Assembly (NCBI GenBank): GCA_965279375.1
Contig: OZ257156.1
Location: 4,576,001-4,640,000, forward strand
Direction of reading: 5' to 3'
DNA: 64,000 nt
From: Gemmatimonas sp.
Lineage (GTDB): Bacteria; Gemmatimonadota; Gemmatimonadetes; Gemmatimonadales; Gemmatimonadaceae
The position numbers and the translations under genes were made by a program. The notes beneath the pieces are model-generated. The model ran no database searches, was not told the origin of the DNA, and worked only from the letters and a program-made list of their open reading frames with translations. Numbering within the stretch: position 1 is the first letter of the stretch; each line of letters opens with the position of its first letter. Below, one piece after another: positions 53,717 to 63,224 of this stretch.

Positions 53717-54214
53717 CTACGCGAGCTCCGTCGCGATGTTCAGCGACACCAACTCGACGTCGGCTTGTCCATTGTGGATATACAATCGCGCAACGGAGGG
53801 CTGCAGTTTGAAACGACGCGGCCCAGCGGCACCGGGGTTGACCACGATGCGCCGAGCCGCCTTGGTCACCAGCTGTTGATGCGTATGCCCGTACACGATG
53901 ACCTGCGCGTTCATGTGCGCCGACACGAGCTTGGGGGGGGTCGGGCTCCCGAGTTCGTGGCCGTGCGTCACCACGATGCGCACGCCTCCGATCGTCTCCT
54001 CAATGCGTTCCACGAGATCCGGACGACCCGGCGCGTCGGTGTTCCCCCACACGGCTTGCACCGGAGCGATCGTCGCCAATTCGATCAGCACATCCGGCGG
54101 CCCGACATCGCCCGCATGAAAAATGCGCGAGACACCCTTCAGTGCCTCGAACACTTCAGGGCGCACGAGCCCGTGCGTATCGGAGATGAGTCCGATGATG
54201 ATCGCCTCGCTCAT
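53717..54214 (-). CDS. YfcE/MJ0936-family metallophosphoesterase
   Basis: ISDTHG, HAGD, GNTD, THGH, GHTH, NPG. Confidence 0.9.
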   Translation of the reverse strand: MSEAIIIGLISDTHGLVRPEVFEALKGVSRIFHAGDVGPPDVLIELATIAPVQAVWGNTDAPGRPDLVERIEETIGGVRIVVTHGHELGSPTPPKLVSAHMNAQVIVYGHTHQQLVTKAARRIVVNPGAAGPRRFKLQPSVARLYIHNGQADVELVSLNIATELA

Positions 54215-54831
54215 GATTCGTCAGCGCCCCAGCGCTTGCCCAACATGTGATCGACCTGCAAATGATCGAGTACGCGCGCCACGATGAAATCCACCAATTC
54301 GGCGATCGTCGTCGGCCTGTGATAAAAGCCTGGCGCGGCCGGAATGACGATCGCGCCTGCGCGCGTCACCTGCGTGAGATTTTCGAGATGGATGAGCGAC
54401 AGCGGCGTCTCACGCGGCACCAGCAACAGCGGCCGACGCTCCTTCAGCGCGACGTCGGCGGCGCGTTCCACCAACGAGCGTGACGTGCCGTGCGCGATCG
54501 CCGACACCGTTCCCATCGAGCACGGACAGATGACCATGCCGCTGCTCCGCGCCGACCCAGACGCTGGCGCTGCGCCACGATCGTTGTCGTCGAAGACCGT
54601 GACGACGCGATCGAATGCCGTCGCCCCCACGTGCTCCCGCAGTGCGCCCACATCGTCGATGCCGGACTCGGTGGACAGCAGCCGAAAGCCGTGGCTGGAG
54701 ACGATGAGCCACGTTGGCACCGCATGTTCGACGAGCTGCTGCACCAGTCGCACCGCATACGGCGCACCGGACGCGCCGGTGATCGCCACAACGACCGGGT
54801 CACGCGTGCGTCCCGTTGTCGCTCTGCTCAT
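54211..54831 (-). CDS. ubiX: Flavin prenyltransferase
   Basis: ITGASG, ASGS, PCSMGT, RAADVALKERR, PRETP, PGFYH. Confidence 0.95.
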   Translation of the reverse strand: MSRATTGRTRDPVVVAITGASGAPYAVRLVQQLVEHAVPTWLIVSSHGFRLLSTESGIDDVGALREHVGATAFDRVVTVFDDNDRGAAPASGSARSSGMVICPCSMGTVSAIAHGTSRSLVERAADVALKERRPLLLVPRETPLSLIHLENLTQVTRAGAIVIPAAPGFYHRPTTIAELVDFIVARVLDHLQVDHMLGKRWGADES

Positions 54832-55778
54832 GCGCCACCGCCGGCCAGCAAACGCGCCACCAGCACCACGCAGAAGAATCCGATCGAGATCAGACCGTTC
54901 ATGGTGAAGAACGCCGCGTTCAGTTTGGTCAGGTCATTGGGCTTCACCATGCGATGTTCCCACACCAGCATCGCCGCCATGCCCGTCACGCCGCTCCACA
55001 ACAACCAGCGCGCACTGTCCGGCAGCACGCCCATCGGCTGCGACGCCACGACCGCGGCGAGACAACTCACCGAAATCACATGCAAGGCACGCGATAAGCG
55101 AATCGCGTTGGGCACCCCGATCGTGGACGGAATGCTGTGCAATCCGTTCAGTCTGTCAAACTCCGCATCCTGCAATGCGTACAGAATGTCGAAGCCACCG
55201 GACCACGTCACTACCACCATGGCCAGCACGCACAGCAACCACCACGGATCACTCCACGCACCCGTGATCGCGAGGTATCCACCCACCGGCGCGATCGACA
55301 GGCCAAAGCCGAGCCAGATGTGCGACCAGCGCGTGAAGCGCTTGGTGTAGCTGTACCCCAGCACCCAGAGCAATGCGACCGGCGACAGCAGAAAGCACAG
55401 CGGATTCAGCTGCGACGCCGCGAAGACAAAGAGAATCGACGCCACCACCACCGAGCCCTTCGCCTGCGCGAGCGTCAACTTCCCTGCCGGCAGTTCGCGC
55501 ATCGCCGTGCGCGGATTGATTGCATCCACATCGCGATCCACGATGCGATTGAAGCCCATCGCGGCGAACCGTGCCGCTGTGAACGCCAGCAGTACCCACC
55601 CCACCATCGCAATGGTGATGTCGTGACGCGCGCTGGCGAACGTCACCCCCACCAGCGCGAACGGCATCGCGAACACGGTGTGCGGCAGCTTCACGAAGTT
55701 GGCCAGCCGCACGAGCAGCGAGCTCCCCTCCATCAGCTGACCGTCGCGTGCGCCCTTCGGCGGAACGATGCTCGTCAT
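54828..55778 (-). CDS. ubiA: UbiA-family polyprenyltransferase (MqnP-like)
   Basis: HTVFAMPFA, AMGFNRIVDRDVDAINPRT, YSYTKRF, FDILYALQD. Confidence 0.88.
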   Translation of the reverse strand: MTSIVPPKGARDGQLMEGSSLLVRLANFVKLPHTVFAMPFALVGVTFASARHDITIAMVGWVLLAFTAARFAAMGFNRIVDRDVDAINPRTAMRELPAGKLTLAQAKGSVVVASILFVFAASQLNPLCFLLSPVALLWVLGYSYTKRFTRWSHIWLGFGLSIAPVGGYLAITGAWSDPWWLLCVLAMVVVTWSGGFDILYALQDAEFDRLNGLHSIPSTIGVPNAIRLSRALHVISVSCLAAVVASQPMGVLPDSARWLLWSGVTGMAAMLVWEHRMVKPNDLTKLNAAFFTMNGLISIGFFCVVLVARLLAGGGA

Positions 55779-55788
55779 CGGCGGCCGA

Positions 55789-57264
55789 TCACGGCTTGAT
55801 CCCGAGCGTCGGCCACATCGCGTCCACACGACTCTTGGTCGCGTCATCCATGTGGATCACCTTGGGCCATGCGCGCGTGAAGCCTTCTTCCGGCCACTTC
55901 CGCGTCGCATCGATGCCCATCTTGCTGCCGTACGTGAACGCGCGACTGGCATGATCGAGCACATCCACCGGGCCCATCGTGAATCGCACGTCACGCTCCG
56001 GGTCCATGTTGTTGAGCGCCACCCACCACGCTTCCACCGGATTGCGCACGTTCACTTCCTTGTCCACCACCACCAGCACCTTGGCCAGCGACATCAACCC
56101 CTGCCCCCACAACGCGTGCATCACCTTGTCGGCGTGCCCGGGATACTTCTTGTCGATGGACACGAACACGAGGTTGTGAAACCCTCCCTCGGCGGGCATG
56201 TGGTAGTCCTCCACCTCGGGCGTCGTCAGCTTGAGCAGCGGGAGGAAGATGCGCTCGGTCGCATGACCGAGATAGAAATCCTCCATCGGCGGACGTCCGA
56301 CAATTGTCGTCGCGTAGATCGGAGTGCGACGCATGGTTACCGCCGTCACGTGCACCTTGGGATACAGATCCGCTTCGGAGTAGAAGCCGGTGTGGTCGCC
56401 GAACGGCCCCTCCACCACCAGCGCTTCCGCGGGGTCGATGTACCCTTCGATCACGAACTCTGCGTCGGCCGGCACTTCAAGATCACAGGTGACGGCCTTG
56501 GCCAGTCGCACCGGATCACGGCGCAGGAAACCCGCAAACAGAAACTCGTCGATATTCGGCGGCAACGGCGCTGACGCCGAATACATGCTCGCCGGGTCGG
56601 CACCCACCGCGATGCACACGGGCATCTTCTCGCCGCGTTCGGCCATCTGCCGCATGTGCTCCGCGCCCGTCTTGTGGCGCTGCCAGTGCATGGCGACGCT
56701 GCGCTTGTCGAGTTGCTGCACACGGTACATGCCCACGTTGCGAATGCCACGCACCGGATCCTTCGAGATGACCATCGTCAGCGTCACATAGGGCCCGCCG
56801 TCCTCCGGCCAACAGGTGAGCACGGGGATCTTGTCGAGATCGATCTCGTCGCCCTGCCAGACGATCTCCTGGCATGCCGGCGTGCCTGACTTCACGCGCG
56901 GCGGAAACTTCGACACCTCGAGCAATCGCGGCAGCAGCGACAACTTGCCGAGGAAACCCTCAGGCACCTTGAGGTCGAGCAGCTGCGTGATGCGGTCACC
57001 GATCTTGTCCATGTCATCGACGCCGAGTGCCATCGACATGCGGCGCATCGAGCCGAAGAGATTGATGGCGACCGGATAGGCCGACCGCGTGCCGTCGCGC
57101 AGGATCACGTGCTCGAAGAGCAGTGCCTTGCCGCCCCCAGGCATCTTGGAGACGCGATCGGCGATTTCGGTGAGTTCGAGATGCACGCGCACCGGCTGCG
57201 TGATGCGCTGCAGTTCGCCGGCGCGATCGATCGCCGCGATGAAGTCGGACAGAGTATCTAGCAT
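55789..57264 (-). CDS. ubiD: UbiD-family decarboxylase (menaquinone biosynthesis, MqnL-like)
   Basis: WPEDGG, RNVGMYR, EGPFGDHTGFY, GRPPMED, GSKMGIDAT. Confidence 0.92.
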   Translation of the reverse strand: MLDTLSDFIAAIDRAGELQRITQPVRVHLELTEIADRVSKMPGGGKALLFEHVILRDGTRSAYPVAINLFGSMRRMSMALGVDDMDKIGDRITQLLDLKVPEGFLGKLSLLPRLLEVSKFPPRVKSGTPACQEIVWQGDEIDLDKIPVLTCWPEDGGPYVTLTMVISKDPVRGIRNVGMYRVQQLDKRSVAMHWQRHKTGAEHMRQMAERGEKMPVCIAVGADPASMYSASAPLPPNIDEFLFAGFLRRDPVRLAKAVTCDLEVPADAEFVIEGYIDPAEALVVEGPFGDHTGFYSEADLYPKVHVTAVTMRRTPIYATTIVGRPPMEDFYLGHATERIFLPLLKLTTPEVEDYHMPAEGGFHNLVFVSIDKKYPGHADKVMHALWGQGLMSLAKVLVVVDKEVNVRNPVEAWWVALNNMDPERDVRFTMGPVDVLDHASRAFTYGSKMGIDATRKWPEEGFTRAWPKVIHMDDATKSRVDAMWPTLGIKP

Positions 57265-58061
57265 CAGGAAACAACGCCTGTGTGGATCGCTGCGATCCCG
57301 AACGTCAGGCGTTCCCAGGTCACCGTGGCGAAACCAGCGTCGCGCATCTGCTGCGCGAGACGCTCTTCGGTGGGGAACTGCGCGACCGACATTGGAAGGT
57401 AGGTGTAAGCGGAGCGATGGCCGCTCACCAGACGCCCGATGAACGGCAGCACATGATGGAAGTATGCCTGATAGGCAACCCGCACAAGCGCGACCGGTGG
57501 CGTGGAAAATTCGAGGATGATGAAGCGAGCGCCGGGCTTGAGCACGCGGCGCACTTCGCGCAGCCCTGCCCCAAGATCGGCGACGTTTCGGATGCCGAAG
57601 GCGACAATGGCGCCATCCATGCTGGCGCTCGCGAAGGGCAGCTGCAGCGCATCAGCACCCACGGGCGCGAGCACCTTACGCGAGGCCTTGCCGGTGCCGT
57701 GCTGCAACATGGGCACGGCAAAGTCGGCGCCCACCACAAAGCCCGAGAAGCCCGCTTGGCGTGTCAGTGTCGCCCCAATATCCAGCGTGCCGGCGCACAG
57801 ATCCAGGTAGGTGCCCTGAGGGCGGCTCGTCCAGGCCAGGGCCCGCAGAGCTCGACGTCGCCACGCCTTGTCGATGTTCATCGACAGCACATGGTTCAGC
57901 AGATCGTACCGCGGCGCGATGTCGGAGAACATCTGCTGCACGTATTCGCGCTTTCCTTCGCCACGGGCGGCGCTCGCTGCGACCGAGGTTTCCGCGGCAG
58001 GGCCACGGCGACGGGGCTCAGATGGTGCGTCGAGCGTGGGTGGAAGCGGTGCAATTGCCAT
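57264..58061 (-). CDS. menG: Demethylmenaquinone/ubiquinone methyltransferase
   Basis: MFSDIAPRYDLLN, DLCAGT, AFGIRNV, RRVLKPG, ILEFS, AYTYLP. Confidence 0.9.
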   Translation of the reverse strand: MAIAPLPPTLDAPSEPRRRGPAAETSVAASAARGEGKREYVQQMFSDIAPRYDLLNHVLSMNIDKAWRRRALRALAWTSRPQGTYLDLCAGTLDIGATLTRQAGFSGFVVGADFAVPMLQHGTGKASRKVLAPVGADALQLPFASASMDGAIVAFGIRNVADLGAGLREVRRVLKPGARFIILEFSTPPVALVRVAYQAYFHHVLPFIGRLVSGHRSAYTYLPMSVAQFPTEERLAQQMRDAGFATVTWERLTFGIAAIHTGVVS

Positions 58062-58199
58062 CGTCGAAACATCGATACACGCCAGAGGCCGAGCAAGCGC
58101 TGTTCACAGATCGACCACAGCGAACTAGCTTCTTCCTCGTTCCCGCGGCCCGTCGGTATTCGATGCGCGCCGCACGGTGGGTTGACGTCAGCACTCTGA

Positions 58200-58802
58200 A
58201 TGCAGAATCCCGACGCGCTGGCGACCCTTCCGGATGCCGACGTCGTTCGTCTCGCCCAGCAGGGGCGCGAGCTCGCTTTTCGCGAACTCGTGCGCCGCTA
58301 CGAGCGGCCGGTGTTCTCGCTCGTCTTCCGCATGGTGCGGGACCGGGAGCTGGCGGAGGACCTGTCGCAGGACGCCTTCGTGAAGGTGCTCAACCACATC
58401 GACCGCTACAGCCCGGAATTCAAGTTTTCGAGCTGGCTGTTCAAGATCGCCAACAACGTCGCCATCGATCATCTTCGGCGGCGTCGGATCGACACGATCA
58501 GCATGGACGGGTCGCCGCACGCGTCCACGGCCGCCGAGGTGGAGGCCAGCAGCCTCGAACTCGCGGACGACCAGGAGAGTGCCCTCGACGAGATGGAGGC
58601 CAAGGAGCTCGGCTCGGCCATCGAACGGGCGATCGCCAAGCTGCGCCCGGAGTATCGGGCGTGCATCATGCTTCGTCATGTCGAGGGCAGGTCTTACGAG
58701 GAGATCGCAGCCACGCTCGACCTCCCGCTCGGCACCGTCAAGACGTACATCCATCGGGCGCGCCACGAGCTCCGAAAGGCGCTCGAACCGCTCCGCGAGT
58801 AA
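58200..58802 (+). CDS. ECF sigma factor (SigW/RpoE-like)
   Basis: AFRELVRRY, AEDLSQDAF, FSSWLFKIA, SYEEIA, GTVKTYIHRAR. Confidence 0.93.
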   Translation: MQNPDALATLPDADVVRLAQQGRELAFRELVRRYERPVFSLVFRMVRDRELAEDLSQDAFVKVLNHIDRYSPEFKFSSWLFKIANNVAIDHLRRRRIDTISMDGSPHASTAAEVEASSLELADDQESALDEMEAKELGSAIERAIAKLRPEYRACIMLRHVEGRSYEEIAATLDLPLGTVKTYIHRARHELRKALEPLRE

Positions 58803-58816
58803 CCCCGCCACATTTC

Positions 58817-58843
58817 TGAAACCCGCTGGAGCGAGGCGCCGTA
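58817..58843 (+). promoter_or_regulatory. Putative SigW-like promoter TGAAAC-N17-CGTA upstream of the anti-sigma gene
   Basis: Close match to the TGAAAC...CGTA ECF consensus in the sigma/anti-sigma intergenic gap. Confidence 0.55.
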
Positions 58844-58862
58844 GGCTCCCGTGGAGGCACGA

Positions 58863-59450
58863 ATGCAAGACAGACACCTGCGACCTGACGAATTCGAACT
58901 GATCCTCGATGGTGAGGAAGGCTTCGGCGTAGCGCCCCTTCGGGCCCACGTCCGAAGCTGTACGTCGTGTCAGGCCGAACTCGAAGAAGCCCGGGAGCTG
59001 ATGCTCGCGCTCGACACGCTTCCCGACTTCGCGCCTTCGGTCGGCTTCAGCGACCGCGTCATGAGTCAGGTGCAGGTGTTCGAGCCGTGGCATGCCGCCG
59101 CGCTCACCACCGCCCAGCAGTTCATCCCCGCCACCAAGCCGGCGCGGGTCGCCGCGGGCCTTGGCGCGGCCGTCTCCGCCGGCCTGCTCACCGCCGCGTC
59201 CACTTGGGCGGTCGCCCGTGCGGACATCGGCTTCCTGTTGGCCCAAGTCGGACTGTCGAGGGTTCGCGAGCAGGTCAGTGCGGCCTTCAGCGACGTGGTC
59301 TCCACGGTGCTCGGCCAGCCCGGCTTGGACGCCATGCGCTCGGGCACCCCGGAAATGACCGCGGTGGCCTTGGGCGGGTTTGTCGCCGTGGTGGGCATGG
59401 GCGTCGTCGGTCTGCGGGCGCTGGCCACCTCAGGCCGCCGGGCGCGCTGA
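58863..59450 (+). CDS. Zinc-binding anti-sigma factor (ZAS) with TM segments
   Basis: HVRSCTSC (HxxxCxxC), FSDRVM, hydrophobic C-terminus; RBS GGAGG. Confidence 0.85.
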   Translation: MQDRHLRPDEFELILDGEEGFGVAPLRAHVRSCTSCQAELEEARELMLALDTLPDFAPSVGFSDRVMSQVQVFEPWHAAALTTAQQFIPATKPARVAAGLGAAVSAGLLTAASTWAVARADIGFLLAQVGLSRVREQVSAAFSDVVSTVLGQPGLDAMRSGTPEMTAVALGGFVAVVGMGVVGLRALATSGRRAR

Positions 59451-59461
59451 GGCTGACGGGC

Positions 59462-60127
59462 ATGCCTACCGCCGGACTGCTCTCCGTCGCCGGCGTTTTC
59501 GGCATCACCCTCCTCGTGGGGTGGGTCGTTCTGACGACCGCTGAATCGTCGGTCACTGCGGTGGCGCGTGCTGCGGCACGAGACATCTCCGGGAGCTTCT
59601 GGGTGGGGCTGCTCTGGCAGTTGCTGGCGGCCCCGCTTCTGCTGGTGCTGGTGCTCGCCTGCGCAATCACCATCATCGGGATTCTGGCGATTCCCGTGGC
59701 TGTGCTGGCATGGGCCCTCGCCTATACCGGCGCCTTCACGCTTGGCCTGCTCGCCGTGGCGATCGTCGCAGGTCGCGCCATCGCCGGCAAAGGCAGCGCG
59801 ACCAACCCGCGGGCCGTTGCCCTGCGCAGCCTGACGGTCGGGCTGATCGCGCTGAGCGTCGTCTGGTTCGGGGCCGCGCTGATTGCGAACCTGCCTGTGG
59901 TTGGCCTTCTGGCGCGACTGGTCGCCGTGGCGTTTACGTGGGCCGCGGCGACCGTTGGTCTGGGCGCCGTGGTCAAGTCGCGAGGCGGCGTCATGAAGCT
60001 GCGCTTCGAGGCGACCACCGAAACGTCCATCCCCACCTGGCAGACCCCTACGCCGGTGCAGGGTGTCGCTGCGGCTCGCCGTCCGGTCACCACCACGCCG
60101 GCGTCCAACCCTCGGATGCCCGAGTAG
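59462..60127 (+). CDS. Hypothetical multi-pass membrane protein in the ECF locus
   Basis: About five hydrophobic segments including ITIIGILAIP; 11 bp after the anti-sigma gene. Confidence 0.75.
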   Translation: MPTAGLLSVAGVFGITLLVGWVVLTTAESSVTAVARAAARDISGSFWVGLLWQLLAAPLLLVLVLACAITIIGILAIPVAVLAWALAYTGAFTLGLLAVAIVAGRAIAGKGSATNPRAVALRSLTVGLIALSVVWFGAALIANLPVVGLLARLVAVAFTWAAATVGLGAVVKSRGGVMKLRFEATTETSIPTWQTPTPVQGVAAARRPVTTTPASNPRMPE

Positions 60128-60152
60128 TAGCAGCCGTCGTGGGAGTGTCGCG

Positions 60153-60914
60153 CTAGGCCCGCGCCGACTGCACCAGTATCACTTTCTGCCCGCGCGTCAG
60201 ACGAAGACGCGACGCCGCGTGTCCATCCCGCACGGCAATCTCGAGCAAGCCGCTCGAACCCGTCAGCGCGACCAGCTCGCCGACGTTCGCGTCCGCATAG
60301 GTGCGCACGACGCGCACCGCCTGATTCGCCACGAACACCGTGCTGATATCGCGCGCGATGAGATTCGTGATGGCGTTGCCGAATCGATCGACGGTGAGCA
60401 CTTCGCCCTCGAGGGCACCATCACCGTTGCGCGTGGGCTGCGGCGTTCGGCGTCGTACCGGATCAGCACAGCGTTCGCCCAGTGCGTCGATCGGCACACC
60501 GATGGCGAGTTTCGCGGCAGCAGGCGCAAAGACGTCGCGTCCGTGGAATGTGGGCGATGCAGCGTCGTCCACGGGCAACGTGACCACGCGCGCGTCGAGC
60601 GCGAAGAGCGACGGAGAGAGCACGCCGTTGTCCGGCCCGACCAGGAACCGGCCGTCGCTCTCGACGGCGATGGCAGCGCGCGAGGAGCCAACTCCGGGAT
60701 CGATCACCACCAGATGCACCGTGCCGGCGGGAAAGCGCTTCCAGTAGCGCGCCAGTGTCAGCCGCGCAAACTCGATATCGTGCTCCGGCACGTCATGCGA
60801 CATGTCGAGGATCGGAACGCCCATCGCGAACGTCGTGAGCACACCCTTCACTTCCGCGACGTAGCCGTCAGCGGTGCCGAAGTCAGTCAGAAGCGTGATG
60901 GCTGGTGCGGACAT
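60153..60914 (-). CDS. SAM-dependent chlorinase/fluorinase family (DUF62, SAM hydroxide adenosyltransferase)
   Basis: ITLLTDFG, VIDPGVGSSR, GPDNG, TFHGRDVFAPAAA, DRFGNAITN, LEIAV. Confidence 0.93.
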   Translation of the reverse strand: MSAPAITLLTDFGTADGYVAEVKGVLTTFAMGVPILDMSHDVPEHDIEFARLTLARYWKRFPAGTVHLVVIDPGVGSSRAAIAVESDGRFLVGPDNGVLSPSLFALDARVVTLPVDDAASPTFHGRDVFAPAAAKLAIGVPIDALGERCADPVRRRTPQPTRNGDGALEGEVLTVDRFGNAITNLIARDISTVFVANQAVRVVRTYADANVGELVALTGSSGLLEIAVRDGHAASRLRLTRGQKVILVQSARA

Positions 60915-60926
60915 GGCGGAAACGTA

Positions 60927-61775
60927 TCATTTCGCGCCGCGCTGTGCAGCCGCGAGGGAGTCCTGCAGAGTGTCCATCGGCTGAGTCGCCTTCTGCTCGG
61001 ACTTCTTCTCGGACTTCTTCTTCTCAGACTTCTTGTCCTTCTTCTTCGACTTCGATGCCCCACCGAGCTTCGTGCCGAACCCGAGAGCCATTCCGACGAC
61101 GTGGAAGGTTCGGTTGTACTTCTTGGCGTAGTCCGGTCGATAGATGTAGAACAGGTCCGCCGTGCGACCTCCGCCGTAGCCGAGCTTGAGCCCGACGGTG
61201 TTGCGCCAGTTGTCGATCGGATACGCCTCACCGCGCGCAAAGTACGGCTCGCTCGAGGCGTATAGATCAAGATTGTCGCTCAGCGCGCGTTTGGCCCTGA
61301 GCCGCGTGCGATAGAGCGTCTTGCCGTTCTCCTCCTCGTCAGCGCCTTGCAGCCGATGCTGCACCAATCCGCGTAGCGACCAACTCAGCCCGACAAACTT
61401 GGTGCCGGCTTCTGCGCCCAAGCCCACGCGATTGGAGCGTTCACCATCGACGCTCGCGTACCGGTAGTTGGCCAGCAACGACACACGCTTGAGCGGACTG
61501 TACGCCAACTCTCCGCCGAGGTACGAGCCCCGATATGCCGATGCGTTGTCCTCGGTGCGCAGGCGAAAATCGAACGACGTGGAGAGCTTCTTGGGCAAGT
61601 CGACATCAAGCCCAATCGAGTACCACGCCTGCAGATCCGTCGGATCGGCGCGGCTCGTTTGCGCAGCGAGGCGGACAGGAGAGTCGACAGCGGCTAGCGA
61701 GGCAATGGCCGCCAGCAACACCGGTACGCGCCGCGGCATGAATTTACCGAGCAACGGCCTCGGAGTCGGCATCAT
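60927..61775 (-). CDS. DUF2490-like outer-membrane beta-barrel protein
   Basis: Signal-peptide-like N-terminus, alternating amphipathic beta-strands, RTRLRAK, LYASSEPY, WRNTVG; ATGA overlap with the upstream gene. Confidence 0.7.
   Translation of the reverse strand: MMPTPRPLLGKFMPRRVPVLLAAIASLAAVDSPVRLAAQTSRADPTDLQAWYSIGLDVDLPKKLSTSFDFRLRTEDNASAYRGSYLGGELAYSPLKRVSLLANYRYASVDGERSNRVGLGAEAGTKFVGLSWSLRGLVQHRLQGADEEENGKTLYRTRLRAKRALSDNLDLYASSEPYFARGEAYPIDNWRNTVGLKLGYGGGRTADLFYIYRPDYAKKYNRTFHVVGMALGFGTKLGGASKSKKKDKKSEKKKSEKKSEQKATQPMDTLQDSLAAAQRGAK
60993..61052 (-). repeat. Intragenic tandem repeat encoding a Lys-rich tail (KKKDKKSEKKKSEKKSEQK)
   Basis: Repeated CTTCTTCTC(G/A)GA units on the + strand. 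Confidence 0.8.
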
Positions 61776-62419
61776 GAGCCGTAGTAGAATAGGGTGAGGC
61801 GTGCGGTGTCCCTGAGCAGATCGATCTCTTCCACGTCCACGCGGTGTACGTCGAGGCCCGTGCGCGTTCGCAGGTCGCTCAACAGATCGGTGCGTACGCC
61901 GGCGTGCAGCAGCGCGACTTTGTCATACAGCACGGTCTGCGCATGCTCGCGGCGAACCACGAGGTTGCTTTCGAGCAGCGCCGTTATGAGAACGAGACCG
62001 AGACCGATGCAGCCGAGCACCAGGAGATTCGCGCTGCCGACGGCCATGATGAGTCCCAGCGCGATGACAAGGAACAGATAGGTCATGTCCTTCGCCGAAA
62101 TTCCTTCGGTGCGATAGCGCAGCATCGAGAAGACCGCGAAGAGCCCGAACGCGGCGCCCATGCTCATCTCGGCGGCGTTCATCAGGTACGTGATCAGGAA
62201 GATCACGACGTTGCACGTAAAGAACGTCAGCACGAGGCTCGCGCGCGCGTAGTGGCTGAAGTACACACCGCGTACCAGCAGCGCGACGCACGTGAGATTG
62301 ATCGCGAGTCGCGTCAGCAGGGCGCTGCTCGAGAATGTCGCGACGGGCGGGGCCATGGTCGGGAGCTCTGTCGCCGGCGCGAACGCGGCCGCCGCCGATT
62401 GCAGCAGATCAGGCAACAT
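61772..62419 (-). CDS. DUF4956 family membrane protein
   Basis: SMGAAFGLFAVFSMLRYRTE, KDMTYLF, DLRTRTG, IDLLRDTA. Confidence 0.88.
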   Translation of the reverse strand: MLPDLLQSAAAAFAPATELPTMAPPVATFSSSALLTRLAINLTCVALLVRGVYFSHYARASLVLTFFTCNVVIFLITYLMNAAEMSMGAAFGLFAVFSMLRYRTEGISAKDMTYLFLVIALGLIMAVGSANLLVLGCIGLGLVLITALLESNLVVRREHAQTVLYDKVALLHAGVRTDLLSDLRTRTGLDVHRVDVEEIDLLRDTARLTLFYYGS

Positions 62420-63224
62420 CACGCAACCCTCCATGCTGGGAGGATCCGGCCAGCTGCAGCGCGTCGAGCTGTCGCAGCGTGGCCCGATAGTTGTTGGTCT
62501 TCACGCCCGGCTGCAGCAGGGCCACACCTATGCAGTACTTGCTGAACGACAGCGGACGACTGTGCAGGCTTAACGCCATCGCGTGAGCCGCCGAACGACG
62601 GGCACCGCCCTGCTTCACTTCTAACACAGCGAGCGCGGGTGTCGCGGCGGACCGGTCGCCGATGCTCATGCGCAAGTCCAGATCGAGCGTCACACGTTCG
62701 ACGCGTTCCGTCTCCACGAATGTGACGCGCAGATAGTCTACATCAAGCACCGGCCGCAGCGCGTCCAATGCGATGCCACTCGGAAAGTCGAGCAACGCGG
62801 AACGCATGGCCGAGAGCGACGCTCCGACGTTCATGTGCGCATCCGCAGCGACACGAGCCTTGGTCGTGACTCCGCGGTTGTTCCGGCGCTTCAGCTCCAG
62901 AAAGCGAACCTCGGACTCTACGTAGCAGCGCAAGCGCACCTTGTGCCTCGGCACGCGTCCGGCATGATGCGCGTGATACAGTGCGAAGTCCGCCGTATCG
63001 AAGTAGCGCGTGTGGTAGCGGCAGAGGCGCCGACCTCCGACTTCCAGCACGCGATAGCTGGCCGGTAGGCCGTTGATGATCTCGAGCGCGTTGGCCAGCG
63101 TCATCACGTACTTGGTGTCCACGCGTTCCATGAGCGCCGACTCTCCGAGCTCGGCCAGCGAGATCGGCTGACGCGCGTGCGCGAGTGTACGGACGCTCTC
63201 GACCAGCGGGTGAAGTGCGGTCAT
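62409..63224 (-). CDS. VTC (polyphosphate polymerase) domain protein, CYTH-like fold
   Basis: RVDTKY, YFDT, RHKVRLRCY, FLELK, YLRVTF, ERVTLD, VLEVK, FSKY. Confidence 0.9.
   Translation of the reverse strand: MTALHPLVESVRTLAHARQPISLAELGESALMERVDTKYVMTLANALEIINGLPASYRVLEVGGRRLCRYHTRYFDTADFALYHAHHAGRVPRHKVRLRCYVESEVRFLELKRRNNRGVTTKARVAADAHMNVGASLSAMRSALLDFPSGIALDALRPVLDVDYLRVTFVETERVERVTLDLDLRMSIGDRSAATPALAVLEVKQGGARRSAAHAMALSLHSRPLSFSKYCIGVALLQPGVKTNNYRATLRQLDALQLAGSSQHGGLRDVA

Noticed and set aside
60153..60914. Halogenase (fluorinase/chlorinase) biosynthetic cluster
   Set aside because: DUF62 proteins are mostly SAM hydrolases, and there are no secondary-metabolite genes nearby
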